Virus record (IMG/VR): IMGVR_UViG_3300002835_000132
Source: an uncultured virus (IMG/VR IMGVR_UViG_3300002835_000132)
Lineage: Duplodnaviria > Heunggongvirae > Uroviricota > Caudoviricetes
DNA length: 64,000 nt
Strand: one strand, 5' to 3'
Shown here: one piece after another, positions 38,701 through 47,409 of the stretch
How positions within the stretch are numbered: position 1 is the stretch's first letter
How the letters are laid out: the number at the start of each line of letters is the position of its first letter
Made by a program: the position numbers and the translations under genes
The notes under the pieces: model-generated
Seen by the model: the letters and a program-made list of their open reading frames with translations, nothing else
Told to the model about the DNA's origin: nothing
The model's database searches: none

Positions 38701-40481
38701 AACAATTGGCAGACGCTTTAGTAAAAGAGATGCCAAACAATAAGGAATTACAGGTTATCATTTATTGTATGTCCTATATGAGAAGTTTCCAAAAAAGTTC
38801 AAATAGTAGTGTTGGTGAATTCAATGGATGGAACAATAACTTTGCAACAATATCTTTAGATACCAATTGGGGAGGATTAATTACAACATTAACTAAGAGA
38901 TATAGTTGTATTAAATCTAAAACAAATCCAACCACATCTGCATCACTACCTATTGTACATTTTGATAATGTCGAAAAATATGTGAGATTTATGCAAGGAA
39001 GGTTAGGACCAAGGGTTAAACAAATATTAGAAATTGGTTTAGCTAAATATTATGTTTGTTTTTGGCCAGAATCCAACATCTCTTCAGATTACTACGATTC
39101 ACACACAAGTGAATTTAAACAAACTAAAGATACCCTATATGCAGCATTAACCTCTGCGGTTAAAGTAGGACTATCAAGTTTAGAAAATTCTAAAGATTTA
39201 AAGGCTGACATTAAAGTAACTGAACAAAAAGGTATTAAGAAAACAAGTGGTACTTCAGGTACTTCAGGTACTTCAGGTACTTCAGGAACGAGAGGAACAA
39301 GTGGTGTTGCTGCTTTAGACTTATCATGCCCTCCACCAGCAATTAAATCATTCTCACCATTAGCGGGATATGATGGAACGATAGTTCAAATAAATGGTAG
39401 TAACTTGGGAACCACAAACTCAATTAAATTGGCTGGAGTAGAAGTTCCATCAAAAGATATTACGGTATTTAGTGGTAGTACTGTTAGGTTTATTGTCCCT
39501 AAAATCTTAAATGGAGAAACTAACCTTAATGGAAGAATTGAAGTTAAAACAGATAATGGTTCATTTACAGGGTCTACGTTATTTAATTATAACCCTGCAT
39601 TAAAAGGAGTTTCAAGTTTATCACCTGGAGGTGCCACAGATACACCTGTAACACAAACAGCACCTTCAACTCCAAGTCCAAATAATTTAACAGGAACAAA
39701 TGCAAATCTACAAGATACGGCTCCAAGTCCTCTTATTCAAACAGAAAAAACATCAAGTGAGTTAGGTAATGGAATTTTAACGGTTAAAGTTAATACTGAG
39801 CCAGGTGTTGGTGTTTGGAACATAGATGACCAGCCAAGGTACAATTATAGGATTGATGCGATAGAAATTGGACCGAACAACACGGTTAAACGATACACGC
39901 CAAGCGAAGGTACATATCAAGCGCTTGAAGGATTCGTGTCACCTGATGGTCAAACATTCTCAATAACAAGAGAAGCGTTTATTGATAAAGCGTTTGAACA
40001 GGATATTGAAATGGAGGATGGAAATAGACTTGAAATTAGTACAACAATTGAATTGTATGCTAGACCTGCGGATAAAGTAAAATACCCAAATGATTTTATA
40101 AGAAATTATAATTTTAGAATTGTTGTTCCATCTACAGGTAATACTGTACAACCCGAGGGTTCATTAGTCTCCATACAAAGAAGTGAAGACGTTGATTTAC
40201 CTGACTATAATGGTAAACAATATTACAATATAAAAAGACCTGATGGTGGGTACATTACTTATAACTTCAGTTGTTCTCGTTGTGTAATAACTAAAGTTGA
40301 GGTTGTTAAGTCAAACGAACAAACATCGGTACAAAACATAACAATAACCAATACTCCTGATACCAAATATACAAACGTTATCGATGTGAAAAACTCAGGA
40401 AGATTTGTTTTATCTGTAACTTATAATAATGCGGACGTGCCAGGAACATTTACAGCAAAGAGTGAACCTTTCACTTTATAA
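32721..40481 (+). CDS. Very large baseplate hub-like protein with a C-terminal IPT/TIG domain
   Basis: Hub-like LGITSINI N-terminus and LGNALIQPTMYF...GPYMI..VQHTI C-terminal segment; IKSFSP..G..GT.VQINGSNL IPT motif. Confidence 0.6.
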   Translation: MVGNLGPDNSGRIYVEFDYNNLIVVDPNKTIDAVGNIRERLVDHENLVMYANLEADVLPRTKLAVGISPEDSGLTTISVAKMNFLKPTKNSYLGSGYYDELTGNNVTKFDGTNQPAQLGQQTSNGAKPYIQNTVANELNVMDNGLLGITSINITTNTSFIPSVTMVLEDVQGKALFQLGNNSPYSAFFNLPYPPFYLTLKGFYGQAVRYQLNLEKFHASFNGTSGNYQVNLTFKGYKFNILNEIAMGHLVATPHMYSQRFNFGVTPVTPQQSNKANESQSKTQGALGANNPNSSDAVVTELVTERGYQKIVEVYSEYKAKGLIAPELPELTLVQLMNKLETFEQNIMDSFDKAEVESLTNIKNYKGILTQYFTNVRGGQSSWFNIHLNPQPLILLNGEKVYKFKNVDEGAKTTAISLLKGNITEYNNALAANPTLGSKGKSPIPNPIKYDLMLKDNLIESQIDWKATTIAQTGNPDPTKETIDKVISSYGFSKTLNVTEVNGKKSYTENKEPYYVFEGDGRFDATISSLETQANKKLSEYEAIITAELLRKIEDKDKGIGFKPTVRNIVAVIMASAEAFVRLLDDVHTKAWDVKYDPVRKAAILENPSSAPSSETVDNVVYASGSLLGNTDAENAQIPVYPWPQFFEESVEDKKGRFQLKYIADPSVVGKTQGNNYAKWPEVEFVEEYMKGLTQKFQNPLAPAPVENQRVTNSININAIEFPSLGIAYANKEEIKFFYEIWERQFLTSHYSGLVRANLNQINDLLKLNIETEVNNIKDSLGVSSPYITFKLKNYGFNSTSYPVFLNNISNMGTGRAYQDYIRDFFVTPYIRALTENPFSILKTSDLGKIPQVTTTSDALRALITNASNEPLVVDTLPYTDTTWNLNNLNQSATAAGNQVYDTKKSLTIFEPRKIISNFTDIYNYKTNRPVTNFSYLLSQNPTIIAALVGIGSFGGSIPGLTTFYPLRTPENFAATEGYCNGVTPTGFLGPRTTTSMLNTPYFINAIQSGVVNFKNKETYPYVQAAYLFLNSLPLATLREKYKTVSDNNPPTDLDYIASCFNKFGAIHKIPYAWILKYGSIYHRYKKFKESGVDILTNVWKDFDYTNNYNPITNQTTTQYTFKYLKEVDNTNITLQTETNDDVNMQIGFYPKLINDFNVFYNGYDLYSGYTNTEIQESVDGGMKVYNYFGSNILSGKQGDKNLRLKTWSVLLPDLTPEAEANCDPKNNTKNTDYLVVPSFGTSFNQAKESCLTGSTTSIGTKINLTSNSSVYNGSVRSLWAAPNYGYFDSTQIAYPQPDSYLTRIVTGTTEEQSPVHFLNTDQYSKIEEMFSVFDKKVLESFEVEFLNFCKPITNADNGGEVLTYGQSPVNINSNFRNFQSLFKTLMTVPKQVDGTGENNYFDIVIQKQWEVFQSGVKSFMEYDMIIRNGNPSNYNRRIFDSYLSFNASPEVIDPITFNPYVRGSLPTRGGGVTLTQSKLANRQAWFALETEVGFSTIFNVAYSSNGSYITDFFVDNNIEFTAQNVVLLAKIIKMYATQKLRQPTISVAQFKNQITQYLNRESELQNNFLDGVLTGLNRALPSQQQLPQQQPIQSSISGEQSKVENYEVFKALNDKWVAGGDYTNKTLFEDMMFLDRASRNIGDTILVDIFDLKAMFGVGGTPGEYSLNQAMSVYTFISGILIKNNFNVMNLPAYVNFYNVQDVDGTTTPRTEGSLDFADSLWGTYLDVDYRKSGPKMVCFYAGKPSQYLDLPKGNFKFRNDGFEMRRASENPLLEDQKDKKDWAVSNKCVGFTVDLGIRNQNIFYSFSVSQDNGTATSESINTQLNMVDQASGRQTATQNNSLYNLYKQRSYKCSVTSLGNALIQPTMYFNLRHVPMFNGPYMIQDVQHTIQAGNFQTTFTGVRQGVFDLPAIDSFLQSINQNLVTKLEELLKINKDSITVTGTTNTVKSNKLPQKADNTLDTTNACSSNVLKTYSDAAFGDSVVGTATPLTPQQLADALVKEMPNNKELQVIIYCMSYMRSFQKSSNSSVGEFNGWNNNFATISLDTNWGGLITTLTKRYSCIKSKTNPTTSASLPIVHFDNVEKYVRFMQGRLGPRVKQILEIGLAKYYVCFWPESNISSDYYDSHTSEFKQTKDTLYAALTSAVKVGLSSLENSKDLKADIKVTEQKGIKKTSGTSGTSGTSGTSGTRGTSGVAALDLSCPPPAIKSFSPLAGYDGTIVQINGSNLGTTNSIKLAGVEVPSKDITVFSGSTVRFIVPKILNGETNLNGRIEVKTDNGSFTGSTLFNYNPALKGVSSLSPGGATDTPVTQTAPSTPSPNNLTGTNANLQDTAPSPLIQTEKTSSELGNGILTVKVNTEPGVGVWNIDDQPRYNYRIDAIEIGPNNTVKRYTPSEGTYQALEGFVSPDGQTFSITREAFIDKAFEQDIEMEDGNRLEISTTIELYARPADKVKYPNDFIRNYNFRIVVPSTGNTVQPEGSLVSIQRSEDVDLPDYNGKQYYNIKRPDGGYITYNFSCSRCVITKVEVVKSNEQTSVQNITITNTPDTKYTNVIDVKNSGRFVLSVTYNNADVPGTFTAKSEPFTL
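39244..39305 (+). repeat. 9-nt tandem repeat (GGTACTTCA)x4 plus degenerate copies, encoding a GTS linker
   Basis: Read directly; translates as SGTSGTSGTSGTSGTRGTSG. Confidence 0.9.
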
Positions 40482-40512
40482 CATAACAACATATTTATAT
40501 AGAAAGAATATT

Positions 40513-40737
40513 ATGGACATCAATACAGCAATCAGCAATTATCTTGGAAAAAAAATTAATTATTCTGAAAAAGATAATAACGACGGAACAAAAGAAGTTT
40601 GCGACTTAGCAACGGGCCAATGTTATACAGTAAGAGAACGTGATGGTCTTATCGAAAGAGCAGGAAACAGTACTTACGCTAACAGACAAGTTATGGTTGA
40701 AACCGATAACGGATTAAAACAATTATTAAACGGATAA
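40513..40737 (+). CDS. Hypothetical 74-aa protein
   Basis: Start moved to MDINTAIS, after TATTTAT at 40492. Confidence 0.65.
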   Translation: MDINTAISNYLGKKINYSEKDNNDGTKEVCDLATGQCYTVRERDGLIERAGNSTYANRQVMVETDNGLKQLLNG

Positions 40738-40740
40738 AAA

Positions 40741-41436
40741 ATGAGTTTAGATAAAAAAATATTAAGTGAGATTGACAGATACAGAAGTATCAACAAATAC
40801 ATCACAGAACAGGCTGAAGAAATTCCAGCAACACCTGAGGAAGATTTAGGTGCATTAGCACCACTACCTGGAGATGCGGGAGCAGGAGCACCACCTCCAC
40901 CAGCAGGGGCAGTTCCACCACCAGCACCAGCGGCACCTGCTTCAGGTCCATTGGATATTGAAAACGACCCCGACGTAGAAAAAATTGACGACGAAGGTAA
41001 TAGTGAAGAAGGTGATAAAGGTTCTGATTCTGAAGAACTTGATATTACAGAATTGGTGGATTCTCAAAAAAGTATCGAAACAAAACAAGATGAGTATTTT
41101 AATAATTTATTTGGACAATTAAATGATTTACAATCAAGATTGGGAGAAATGGATAGTATCATGAATAAGTTAAATTCACTTGAAGCTAAGATTGAGAAAT
41201 ACAGAGAAAAAACTCCACAAGAAAAATTAGAGTTAAGAACATACGACTCATACCCATTCAATCAAAAACTTTCACAGTTTTTTGATGATAAGTCAGAAGA
41301 GATGGAAAAGACGGGAAAAAATGATTATGTTTTAACTTCCGACGAAGTACAAGACATTAACGTTAACGATATCAAAAACTCTTTCCAACCAGGGGGAGGG
41401 GAAGACAAAGAAAACTACAAAACTTCATTTAGATAA
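40741..41436 (+). CDS. Acidic, Pro-rich coiled-coil protein (possible head core/scaffold-like)
   Basis: ILSE...ITEQ N-terminus, low-complexity P/A/D/E tract, then heptad region. Confidence 0.45.
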   Translation: MSLDKKILSEIDRYRSINKYITEQAEEIPATPEEDLGALAPLPGDAGAGAPPPPAGAVPPPAPAAPASGPLDIENDPDVEKIDDEGNSEEGDKGSDSEELDITELVDSQKSIETKQDEYFNNLFGQLNDLQSRLGEMDSIMNKLNSLEAKIEKYREKTPQEKLELRTYDSYPFNQKLSQFFDDKSEEMEKTGKNDYVLTSDEVQDINVNDIKNSFQPGGGEDKENYKTSFR

Positions 41437-41442
41437 AAACGG

Positions 41443-41468
41443 AAGGTGTCGAAAGACACCTTTTTTTT
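41443..41468 (+). terminator. Intrinsic terminator
   Basis: aaggtgtc-gaaa-gacacctt followed by a long T run. Confidence 0.85.
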
Positions 41469-41470
41469 AT

Positions 41471-41501
41471 TTGACAAATCGATATTATCACCTATATTTA
41501 T
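41471..41501 (+). promoter_or_regulatory. Promoter of the replication operon
   Basis: TTGACA-N16-TATATTTAT; a similar arrangement occurs upstream of polB (about 9523-9553). Confidence 0.65.
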
Positions 41502-41532
41502 GAAACAATTTAATCATTTAATTTAAAAAAAC

Positions 41533-42396
41533 ATGAGTTCATTAGACGCCGTATTGGCACAGTACGAAAAATCACAACAATCAGCGGGCGGGGCCCAAAA
41601 CAAGATGTCGCAAGACGAAAGAATGAAAAAGTATTTCGCTTTAATCCTTGGGGATAAAGAGAAGTCAGGTCAGAGAAGAGTAAGAATCCTTCCTACCACA
41701 GATGGTTCCTCACCATTCAAAGAGGCATGGTACCACGAAATCCAAGTAGGTGGTCAATGGCAAAAATTCTACGACCCAGGAAAGAATGACAACGAGCGTT
41801 CACCTTTAAACGAGGTTTACGAAGAGTTGATTGCCACAGGTAAAGAGTCTGACAAACAGTTAGCCGCTCAATACCGTTCTCGTAAATTTTATATCGTTAA
41901 AGTTATCGACCGCGACCACGAGGAAGACGGTGTGAAATTTTGGAGATTTAAACACAATTACAAGAATGATGGTATCTTAGATAAAATCATTCCAATTTGG
42001 AGAAACAAAGGTGATATCACTGATGCTGAGAAAGGTCGTGATTTAATCATCGAATTAGCAAAATCTAAAACACCTGCAGGTAAAGAATACACAACCGTAT
42101 CTACGATTATGTATGATGACCCAGCTCCTGTTCACACAGATGCTGCACAAGCAACTGCTTGGGTTAATGATGAGTTAAGTTGGTTAGATGTTTATTCTAA
42201 AAAACCTGTTGACTATCTTGAAGCAATTGCTCGTGGAGAGACTCCAAAATGGAGTACTGAAAAGGGTGGATATGTTTATGAGAACTCTACAGTTGAAACC
42301 GAATCATTCGGTGGTGGAGCATCTAAGAGTGGTAAACCAGCTGTAGCTGCGGACCCACAAGCAAATGACGAACCAGACGGTGATTTACCGTTCTAA
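41533..42396 (+). CDS. Single-stranded DNA-binding protein (T4 gp32-like)
   Basis: RVRILP and ITDAEKGRD motifs with an acidic DLPF tail. Confidence 0.8.
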   Translation: MSSLDAVLAQYEKSQQSAGGAQNKMSQDERMKKYFALILGDKEKSGQRRVRILPTTDGSSPFKEAWYHEIQVGGQWQKFYDPGKNDNERSPLNEVYEELIATGKESDKQLAAQYRSRKFYIVKVIDRDHEEDGVKFWRFKHNYKNDGILDKIIPIWRNKGDITDAEKGRDLIIELAKSKTPAGKEYTTVSTIMYDDPAPVHTDAAQATAWVNDELSWLDVYSKKPVDYLEAIARGETPKWSTEKGGYVYENSTVETESFGGGASKSGKPAVAADPQANDEPDGDLPF

Positions 42397-42404
42397 TTTA
42401 TAAC

Positions 42405-42427
42405 AAGGGTGGGAATCCCCACCCTTT
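42405..42427 (+). terminator. Hairpin/terminator after SSB
   Basis: aagggtggg-aatc-cccaccctt. Confidence 0.65.
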
Positions 42428-42440
42428 AATTTTTTATCAC

Positions 42441-42734
42441 ATGACATTTAAAGAAGAAATTGACTTGCAGTTAAGGGATAACAAGACGTTGTCCTATGAA
42501 ATCTTAAGTCAACTAAAAGACAAAGGTTACTTCTCAGGTAGGAGTAAACAGATTGGTGATACTGTTTTATTTGGTATGTTAAAAGATGAAGACGAGGATG
42601 GTGTTTCGGTTATTAGAATCGTAACTTTCCATGAAGAAGAAATCGGAACTCTTTACGAAGAAGACGACACCTTTTACAACAGAAACAAAGTAAATAAGTT
42701 ACCCAACATTAAAAGAATAGAAAATGGCAATTAA
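42441..42734 (+). CDS. Hypothetical protein
   Basis: ORF overlapping the start of the RecA-like gene. Confidence 0.6.
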   Translation: MTFKEEIDLQLRDNKTLSYEILSQLKDKGYFSGRSKQIGDTVLFGMLKDEDEDGVSVIRIVTFHEEEIGTLYEEDDTFYNRNKVNKLPNIKRIENGN

Positions 42735-43725
42735 GAAAAACGATTTTAAGTCTATCAAAGACAAATTCTCAACATCGGCGAAATATAAACCCCAAAGGTT
42801 TTTTGACTTAGGTTCTGATTTCTTAGATGCGGTTGGTTTACCAGGTCCTGCAATTGGTCACTTGAATATGTTCCTTGGTCACTCAGATACAGGTAAGACA
42901 ACGGCTCTTGTAAAAACAGCTGTTGATGCTCAGAAGAAAGGTATACTTCCTGTGTTTATTATCACAGAACAAAAATGGTCATTCGAACACGCCAAATTAA
43001 TGGGGTTTGATTGTGAAGAGGTAGTTGATGAATCAACAGGTGAGTTAGATTGGGATGGTTTCTACATCTTCAATAACAACTTCAGTTACATCGAACAGAT
43101 TACTGACTATATCAACTCGTTATTAGACGAACAAGAAAAAGGTAACTTGGACTACAGTTTGTTGTTTTTATGGGACTCAGTGGGTTCTGTACCATGTAAG
43201 ATGACCTTTGAAGGTAAAGGTGGTAAACAACACAACGCAAGTACCTTGGCCGACAAGATTGGTATGGGTATTAACCAAAGAATTTCAGGGTCTCGTAAAG
43301 CTGATTCAAAATATGAAAACACCTTGGTTATTGTTAACCAACCATGGGTTGAACTACCTGACAATCCTTTCGGACAACCGAAGATTAAAGCTAAGGGTGG
43401 TGAAGCCATTTGGTTAAACTCATCATTGGTATTCTTATTCGGTAATCAAAAAGGTGCGGGTACAACTAAAATTACCGCAACTAAAGATAAGAGAACAATT
43501 AAATTCGCATCAAGAACAAAAGTTTCTGTAATGAAAAACCACATCAATGGATTGGGTTACGATGACGGAAAGATTATTGTTACACCACACGGATTCATTG
43601 GAGGTAAAGAGGCTAGTGAAGAAAAAACTTCATTAGAAAAATACAAAAAAGAATACGCAGACTATTGGAAGGACATCATCGGAACTGATGGTGACTTCGA
43701 TTTGAAAGAAGAAAAAGAAGATTAG
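42724..43725 (+). CDS. recA: RecA/UvsX-like recombinase
   Basis: Walker A GHSDTGKTT, Walker B LFLWDSVG, VNQ, GGEA and KNH motifs. Confidence 0.8.
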   Translation: MAIKKNDFKSIKDKFSTSAKYKPQRFFDLGSDFLDAVGLPGPAIGHLNMFLGHSDTGKTTALVKTAVDAQKKGILPVFIITEQKWSFEHAKLMGFDCEEVVDESTGELDWDGFYIFNNNFSYIEQITDYINSLLDEQEKGNLDYSLLFLWDSVGSVPCKMTFEGKGGKQHNASTLADKIGMGINQRISGSRKADSKYENTLVIVNQPWVELPDNPFGQPKIKAKGGEAIWLNSSLVFLFGNQKGAGTTKITATKDKRTIKFASRTKVSVMKNHINGLGYDDGKIIVTPHGFIGGKEASEEKTSLEKYKKEYADYWKDIIGTDGDFDLKEEKED

Positions 43726-43755
43726 TATTATTGTTTCACCCTTTAAATCACACCA

Positions 43756-44748
43756 GTGATTAAGACATTATTAGTAGACGGAGACAATCTGTTTAAAATA
43801 GGATTTCACGGAGTTAGAGAGATGTATGATAACGGAGACCACTTAGGTGGAATCTATCACTTCATCAACATCTTAAGACGGTTTCTAGAAGAGCACAACT
43901 TGGATAAGGTTGTGGTCTTTTGGGACGGTGATTCGAACTCATCAATTAGGAAATCTATATACCCCCAATATAAGGCGAATAGAAGGCAGGACATGAACGA
44001 GTACAAGTACGAGTCATACCTCCAACAAAAATCTCGAGTTAAACAATATCTCGAGGAGATATTCGTACGCCAAGTTGAGATGATTAACAACGAGGCTGAT
44101 GACTTAATTGCTCACTACTGTAAAGTTGCAACGGATGAAGACGTAATAATATTCTCAGCCGACAAAGACTTAACTCAACTCATATCTGAAAAAGTTACCA
44201 TATATTCTCCAATCTCAAAACAGTATTTTAAGAATGGGGATATGATAACAATCAATAAGGTTGAGATACCACATTATAACGTTTTACTTACCAAAGTTTT
44301 CACAGGAGACAAGTCCGACAATATCGATGGTATTGAAGGATTAGGGGAAAAAACTTTAGTAAAATTCTTCCCTGATTTGCTGGGAAAACCATGCATTATG
44401 GACGAATTACTCGATAATGCACGAAATAACCAGCAGAAGAAAAAACCAAAAGCCCTTGAGAATATTTTGACTGGTAAGACAAAAAATGGTATACTTGGTG
44501 AAGAGTTCTACAACACAAACATGAAGATTGTAGACCTTGGGAACCCACTTATTACCGATGAAGGTAAAGAACTTGTCGAACAAATATATACAGACACAAT
44601 TGACCCTACAGACAGAGGGTACAAAAACTTAATGAGACTTATGATGGAAGACGGTCTCTTCAAATATCTTCCAAAAAACGATGAAGCTTGGGTAAACTTC
44701 CTAAGACCATTTATGAAATTAACAAGAAAAGAAAAACGAAAGAAATGA
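43756..44748 (+). CDS. 5'-3' exonuclease/flap endonuclease (T4 RNase H-like), GTG start
   Basis: LLVDG, YKANR, EADD, SADKD and GDKSDNIDGIEGLGEKT motifs. Confidence 0.9.
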   Translation: MIKTLLVDGDNLFKIGFHGVREMYDNGDHLGGIYHFINILRRFLEEHNLDKVVVFWDGDSNSSIRKSIYPQYKANRRQDMNEYKYESYLQQKSRVKQYLEEIFVRQVEMINNEADDLIAHYCKVATDEDVIIFSADKDLTQLISEKVTIYSPISKQYFKNGDMITINKVEIPHYNVLLTKVFTGDKSDNIDGIEGLGEKTLVKFFPDLLGKPCIMDELLDNARNNQQKKKPKALENILTGKTKNGILGEEFYNTNMKIVDLGNPLITDEGKELVEQIYTDTIDPTDRGYKNLMRLMMEDGLFKYLPKNDEAWVNFLRPFMKLTRKEKRKK

Positions 44749-45485
44749 TAGACTATACTTTATCTGACAAACTAAAAATTCAATATCAAACTGCGAAACC
44801 TTTTCCGTATATTGTGATTGATAATTTTCTACCCGAGTTTTTACTAAAAAGTTGTTTAGAAGAAATTAAAAAACACAAAAAATGGTTTTCTAATGGGGAA
44901 GAATGGGTTGAAGAATTTGAGAAAAACAAACTATATTATCCGTCAGAGAATACGGATATGGAAGAATTTAAAAATTTTCTTCCTATCACTAATATGGTTA
45001 CAGATTATATGAACTCTGAACCATTTATTAAATTTTTGGAGAATTTAACAGGGTTCGAAAAATTATATAGAGACCCTGTTATGATGGGAGGAGGAATACA
45101 TAAGATAAATAAAGGAGGTAAGTTATCCATTCACATTGACTATAACCAACACCCTAACCAAAAATGGAAACGTAACTTAAACGTACTACTTTATTTAAAT
45201 GAAAATTGGGTAAAAGAATGGGGAGGTAATTTAGAACTATGGGGAGGAGAACCTTGGAAGAAAGAAATAGAGGTAGAACCAATATTCAACAGAGCAGTTA
45301 TTTTCTCTATTGAAGATGCGCCTCATGGACATCCAATACCATTAAACACACCTGATGATGTGTCAAGATATTCATTAGCACTTTATTATTTTACTGACGA
45401 AGAAGTAAAAGACAAACACTCAGTTATCTTCTATAGAGATGAAGAATTGGGAATAAATGAAACAGATAACTTATTTAAATTTTAA
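44745..45485 (+). CDS. 2OG-Fe(II) oxygenase (prolyl-hydroxylase-like)
   Basis: HID...LLYLN..W..EWGG.LELW...HG...R.S motifs; start moved to the ATGA overlap at 44745. Confidence 0.85.
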   Translation: MIDYTLSDKLKIQYQTAKPFPYIVIDNFLPEFLLKSCLEEIKKHKKWFSNGEEWVEEFEKNKLYYPSENTDMEEFKNFLPITNMVTDYMNSEPFIKFLENLTGFEKLYRDPVMMGGGIHKINKGGKLSIHIDYNQHPNQKWKRNLNVLLYLNENWVKEWGGNLELWGGEPWKKEIEVEPIFNRAVIFSIEDAPHGHPIPLNTPDDVSRYSLALYYFTDEEVKDKHSVIFYRDEELGINETDNLFKF

Positions 45486-45513
45486 GCAAAATACAAACAA
45501 AAATTAAACAAAC

Positions 45514-45966
45514 ATGAGAGAGCAAGACAGCACAAAAATGGAATTCCTTTTGACTTTAAATGATAACATTGTAGTTCAAAGATTCTTCAACGTTAGAGGG
45601 TTTAACCCTAAAGCGAAAAACTCGGTGGAGTTGTACGACTTCATTTTAGGGTTGAAAGATGAGTTAACTTACGCGTTGAAAATGAAAACCGTAATCTATA
45701 TGATGGACAACAAGGATGCTATTGTGCACGACCCATCTATTATGAACACATCTTACACAGATGGGCCTGAAGTATTTAACATTTATGTTAAAGTTGGAGA
45801 CACGACAATTTGTCATAGAGTTTTTGATGGAAAATTTTTCCCGCCAAAAGTTCGTTATACAGTCGACGTACGACCATTTTTAAAAGAGGTACTTCGCGAG
45901 TTAACTGACATTTTTTCAAATAACAAATTAACTTACGAATATTTGGAATTCGACCTAAGTAAGTAA
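45514..45966 (+). CDS. Hypothetical protein
   Basis: ORF with an A-rich leader inside the replication cluster. Confidence 0.65.
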   Translation: MREQDSTKMEFLLTLNDNIVVQRFFNVRGFNPKAKNSVELYDFILGLKDELTYALKMKTVIYMMDNKDAIVHDPSIMNTSYTDGPEVFNIYVKVGDTTICHRVFDGKFFPPKVRYTVDVRPFLKEVLRELTDIFSNNKLTYEYLEFDLSK

Positions 45967-46003
45967 GTATTTAATAATACAGGGGACAATTTTAAAACAA
46001 TAT

Positions 46004-47386
46004 ATGAACAAAAATTTCGATTATTTAGGTAACACATTTCAGATTCAATTACTAAATCAAATAGTAGTTGATAAGGACTTCTCATCGTCTATTATGGACG
46101 TGATTGAGTCATCGTACTTTGACAACAAGTACTTCAAAATCATCTTACAGATGATAAAAGAATACTATGTAAAGTATGAATCAACGCCTAATTTCGAAAC
46201 TCTTGACCAAATTGTTAAGTCAGAAATTTCACAGGAAATCGTTGCAAAAGTGGTCTTAGATACCTTGAAACAGGTAAAAGATGCGCCTTTTGAAGGTACA
46301 GTATTCGTTCAGGAGAAAGCTTTAAAGTTCTGTAAACAACAAGAACTTCAAAAGGCGATGGACAAAGCTCAGAAAATTATTACAGAAGGTGATTTTGAAT
46401 CTTACGATAAGGTTGAAGGATTGGTGAGAAACGCGTTACAAGTCGGTGAAATCGACAAAGGACAGACGGACATCTTCGCTAACTTGGATACCGTATTAGA
46501 CGAGGATTATCGTCACCCAATTCCAATGGGAATTCCTGGAATTGATAGACTACTTAAGGGTGGTTTGGCCAAAGGTGAGATTGGTGTTATCCTAGCTCCA
46601 ACAGGGGTGGGTAAGACAACAATCTTAACCAAAATTGCGAACACAGCGTTTAACTTAGGATATAATGTCCTTCAAGTATTCTTCGAGGATAACCCAAAGA
46701 TTATTCAAAGAAAACACTTCACACTTTGGACAGGTATTGAACCTGATAACTTGGTTAAACACAAAGATGAAGTAATGAGTAAAGTTACAGAAATCCAAGA
46801 GAGTATGCCAAACAAGTTGGTTCTTAAGAAATTAGCTTCAGATACTATGACTATGAATCAAATTAAGAATCAGGTAAGAAAAATGATAGCTGATGGTAAC
46901 AAAATTGACTTGGTTATGTTAGACTATATCGACTGTATACTTCCTGAATCTACAAGTAAAGATGAGTGGAAGGCTGAAGGTTCTGTAATGAGAGGGTTCG
47001 AAGCTATGTGTCATGAGTTAGACTTAGTTGGATGGACCGCCACACAGGGTAATAGGTCTTCTATTTCAGCTGAAGTTGTAACTACCGACCAAATGGGTGG
47101 TTCGATTAAAAAGGCTCAGGTTGGTCACGTAATCATCTCTGTGGCTAAGACACTTCAACAGAAAGAAATGAACCTTGCAACTATCGCAATTACTAAATCA
47201 CGTTTAGGTAAAGATGGGGTAGTATTTGAGAACTGTAAATTTAACAATGAGTTACTTGAAATTGATACCGAGAGTTCGGTAACGTTCTTAGGTTTCGAAG
47301 AACAACAAGAGGAAAGAAAGAGAGATAGGGTAAAAGAGTTGATGGAGAAACGAAAACAAAAAGAAGAACAAAAACAACAATCTTAA
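46004..47386 (+). CDS. dnaB: Replicative DnaB-like helicase (T4 gp41-like)
   Basis: [21 protein letters not shown] and KSR motifs. Confidence 0.9.
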   Translation: MNKNFDYLGNTFQIQLLNQIVVDKDFSSSIMDVIESSYFDNKYFKIILQMIKEYYVKYESTPNFETLDQIVKSEISQEIVAKVVLDTLKQVKDAPFEGTVFVQEKALKFCKQQELQKAMDKAQKIITEGDFESYDKVEGLVRNALQVGEIDKGQTDIFANLDTVLDEDYRHPIPMGIPGIDRLLKGGLAKGEIGVILAPTGVGKTTILTKIANTAFNLGYNVLQVFFEDNPKIIQRKHFTLWTGIEPDNLVKHKDEVMSKVTEIQESMPNKLVLKKLASDTMTMNQIKNQVRKMIADGNKIDLVMLDYIDCILPESTSKDEWKAEGSVMRGFEAMCHELDLVGWTATQGNRSSISAEVVTTDQMGGSIKKAQVGHVIISVAKTLQQKEMNLATIAITKSRLGKDGVVFENCKFNNELLEIDTESSVTFLGFEEQQEERKRDRVKELMEKRKQKEEQKQQS

Positions 47387-47409
47387 TACAAAAAAAACAA
47401 AAAATAATT

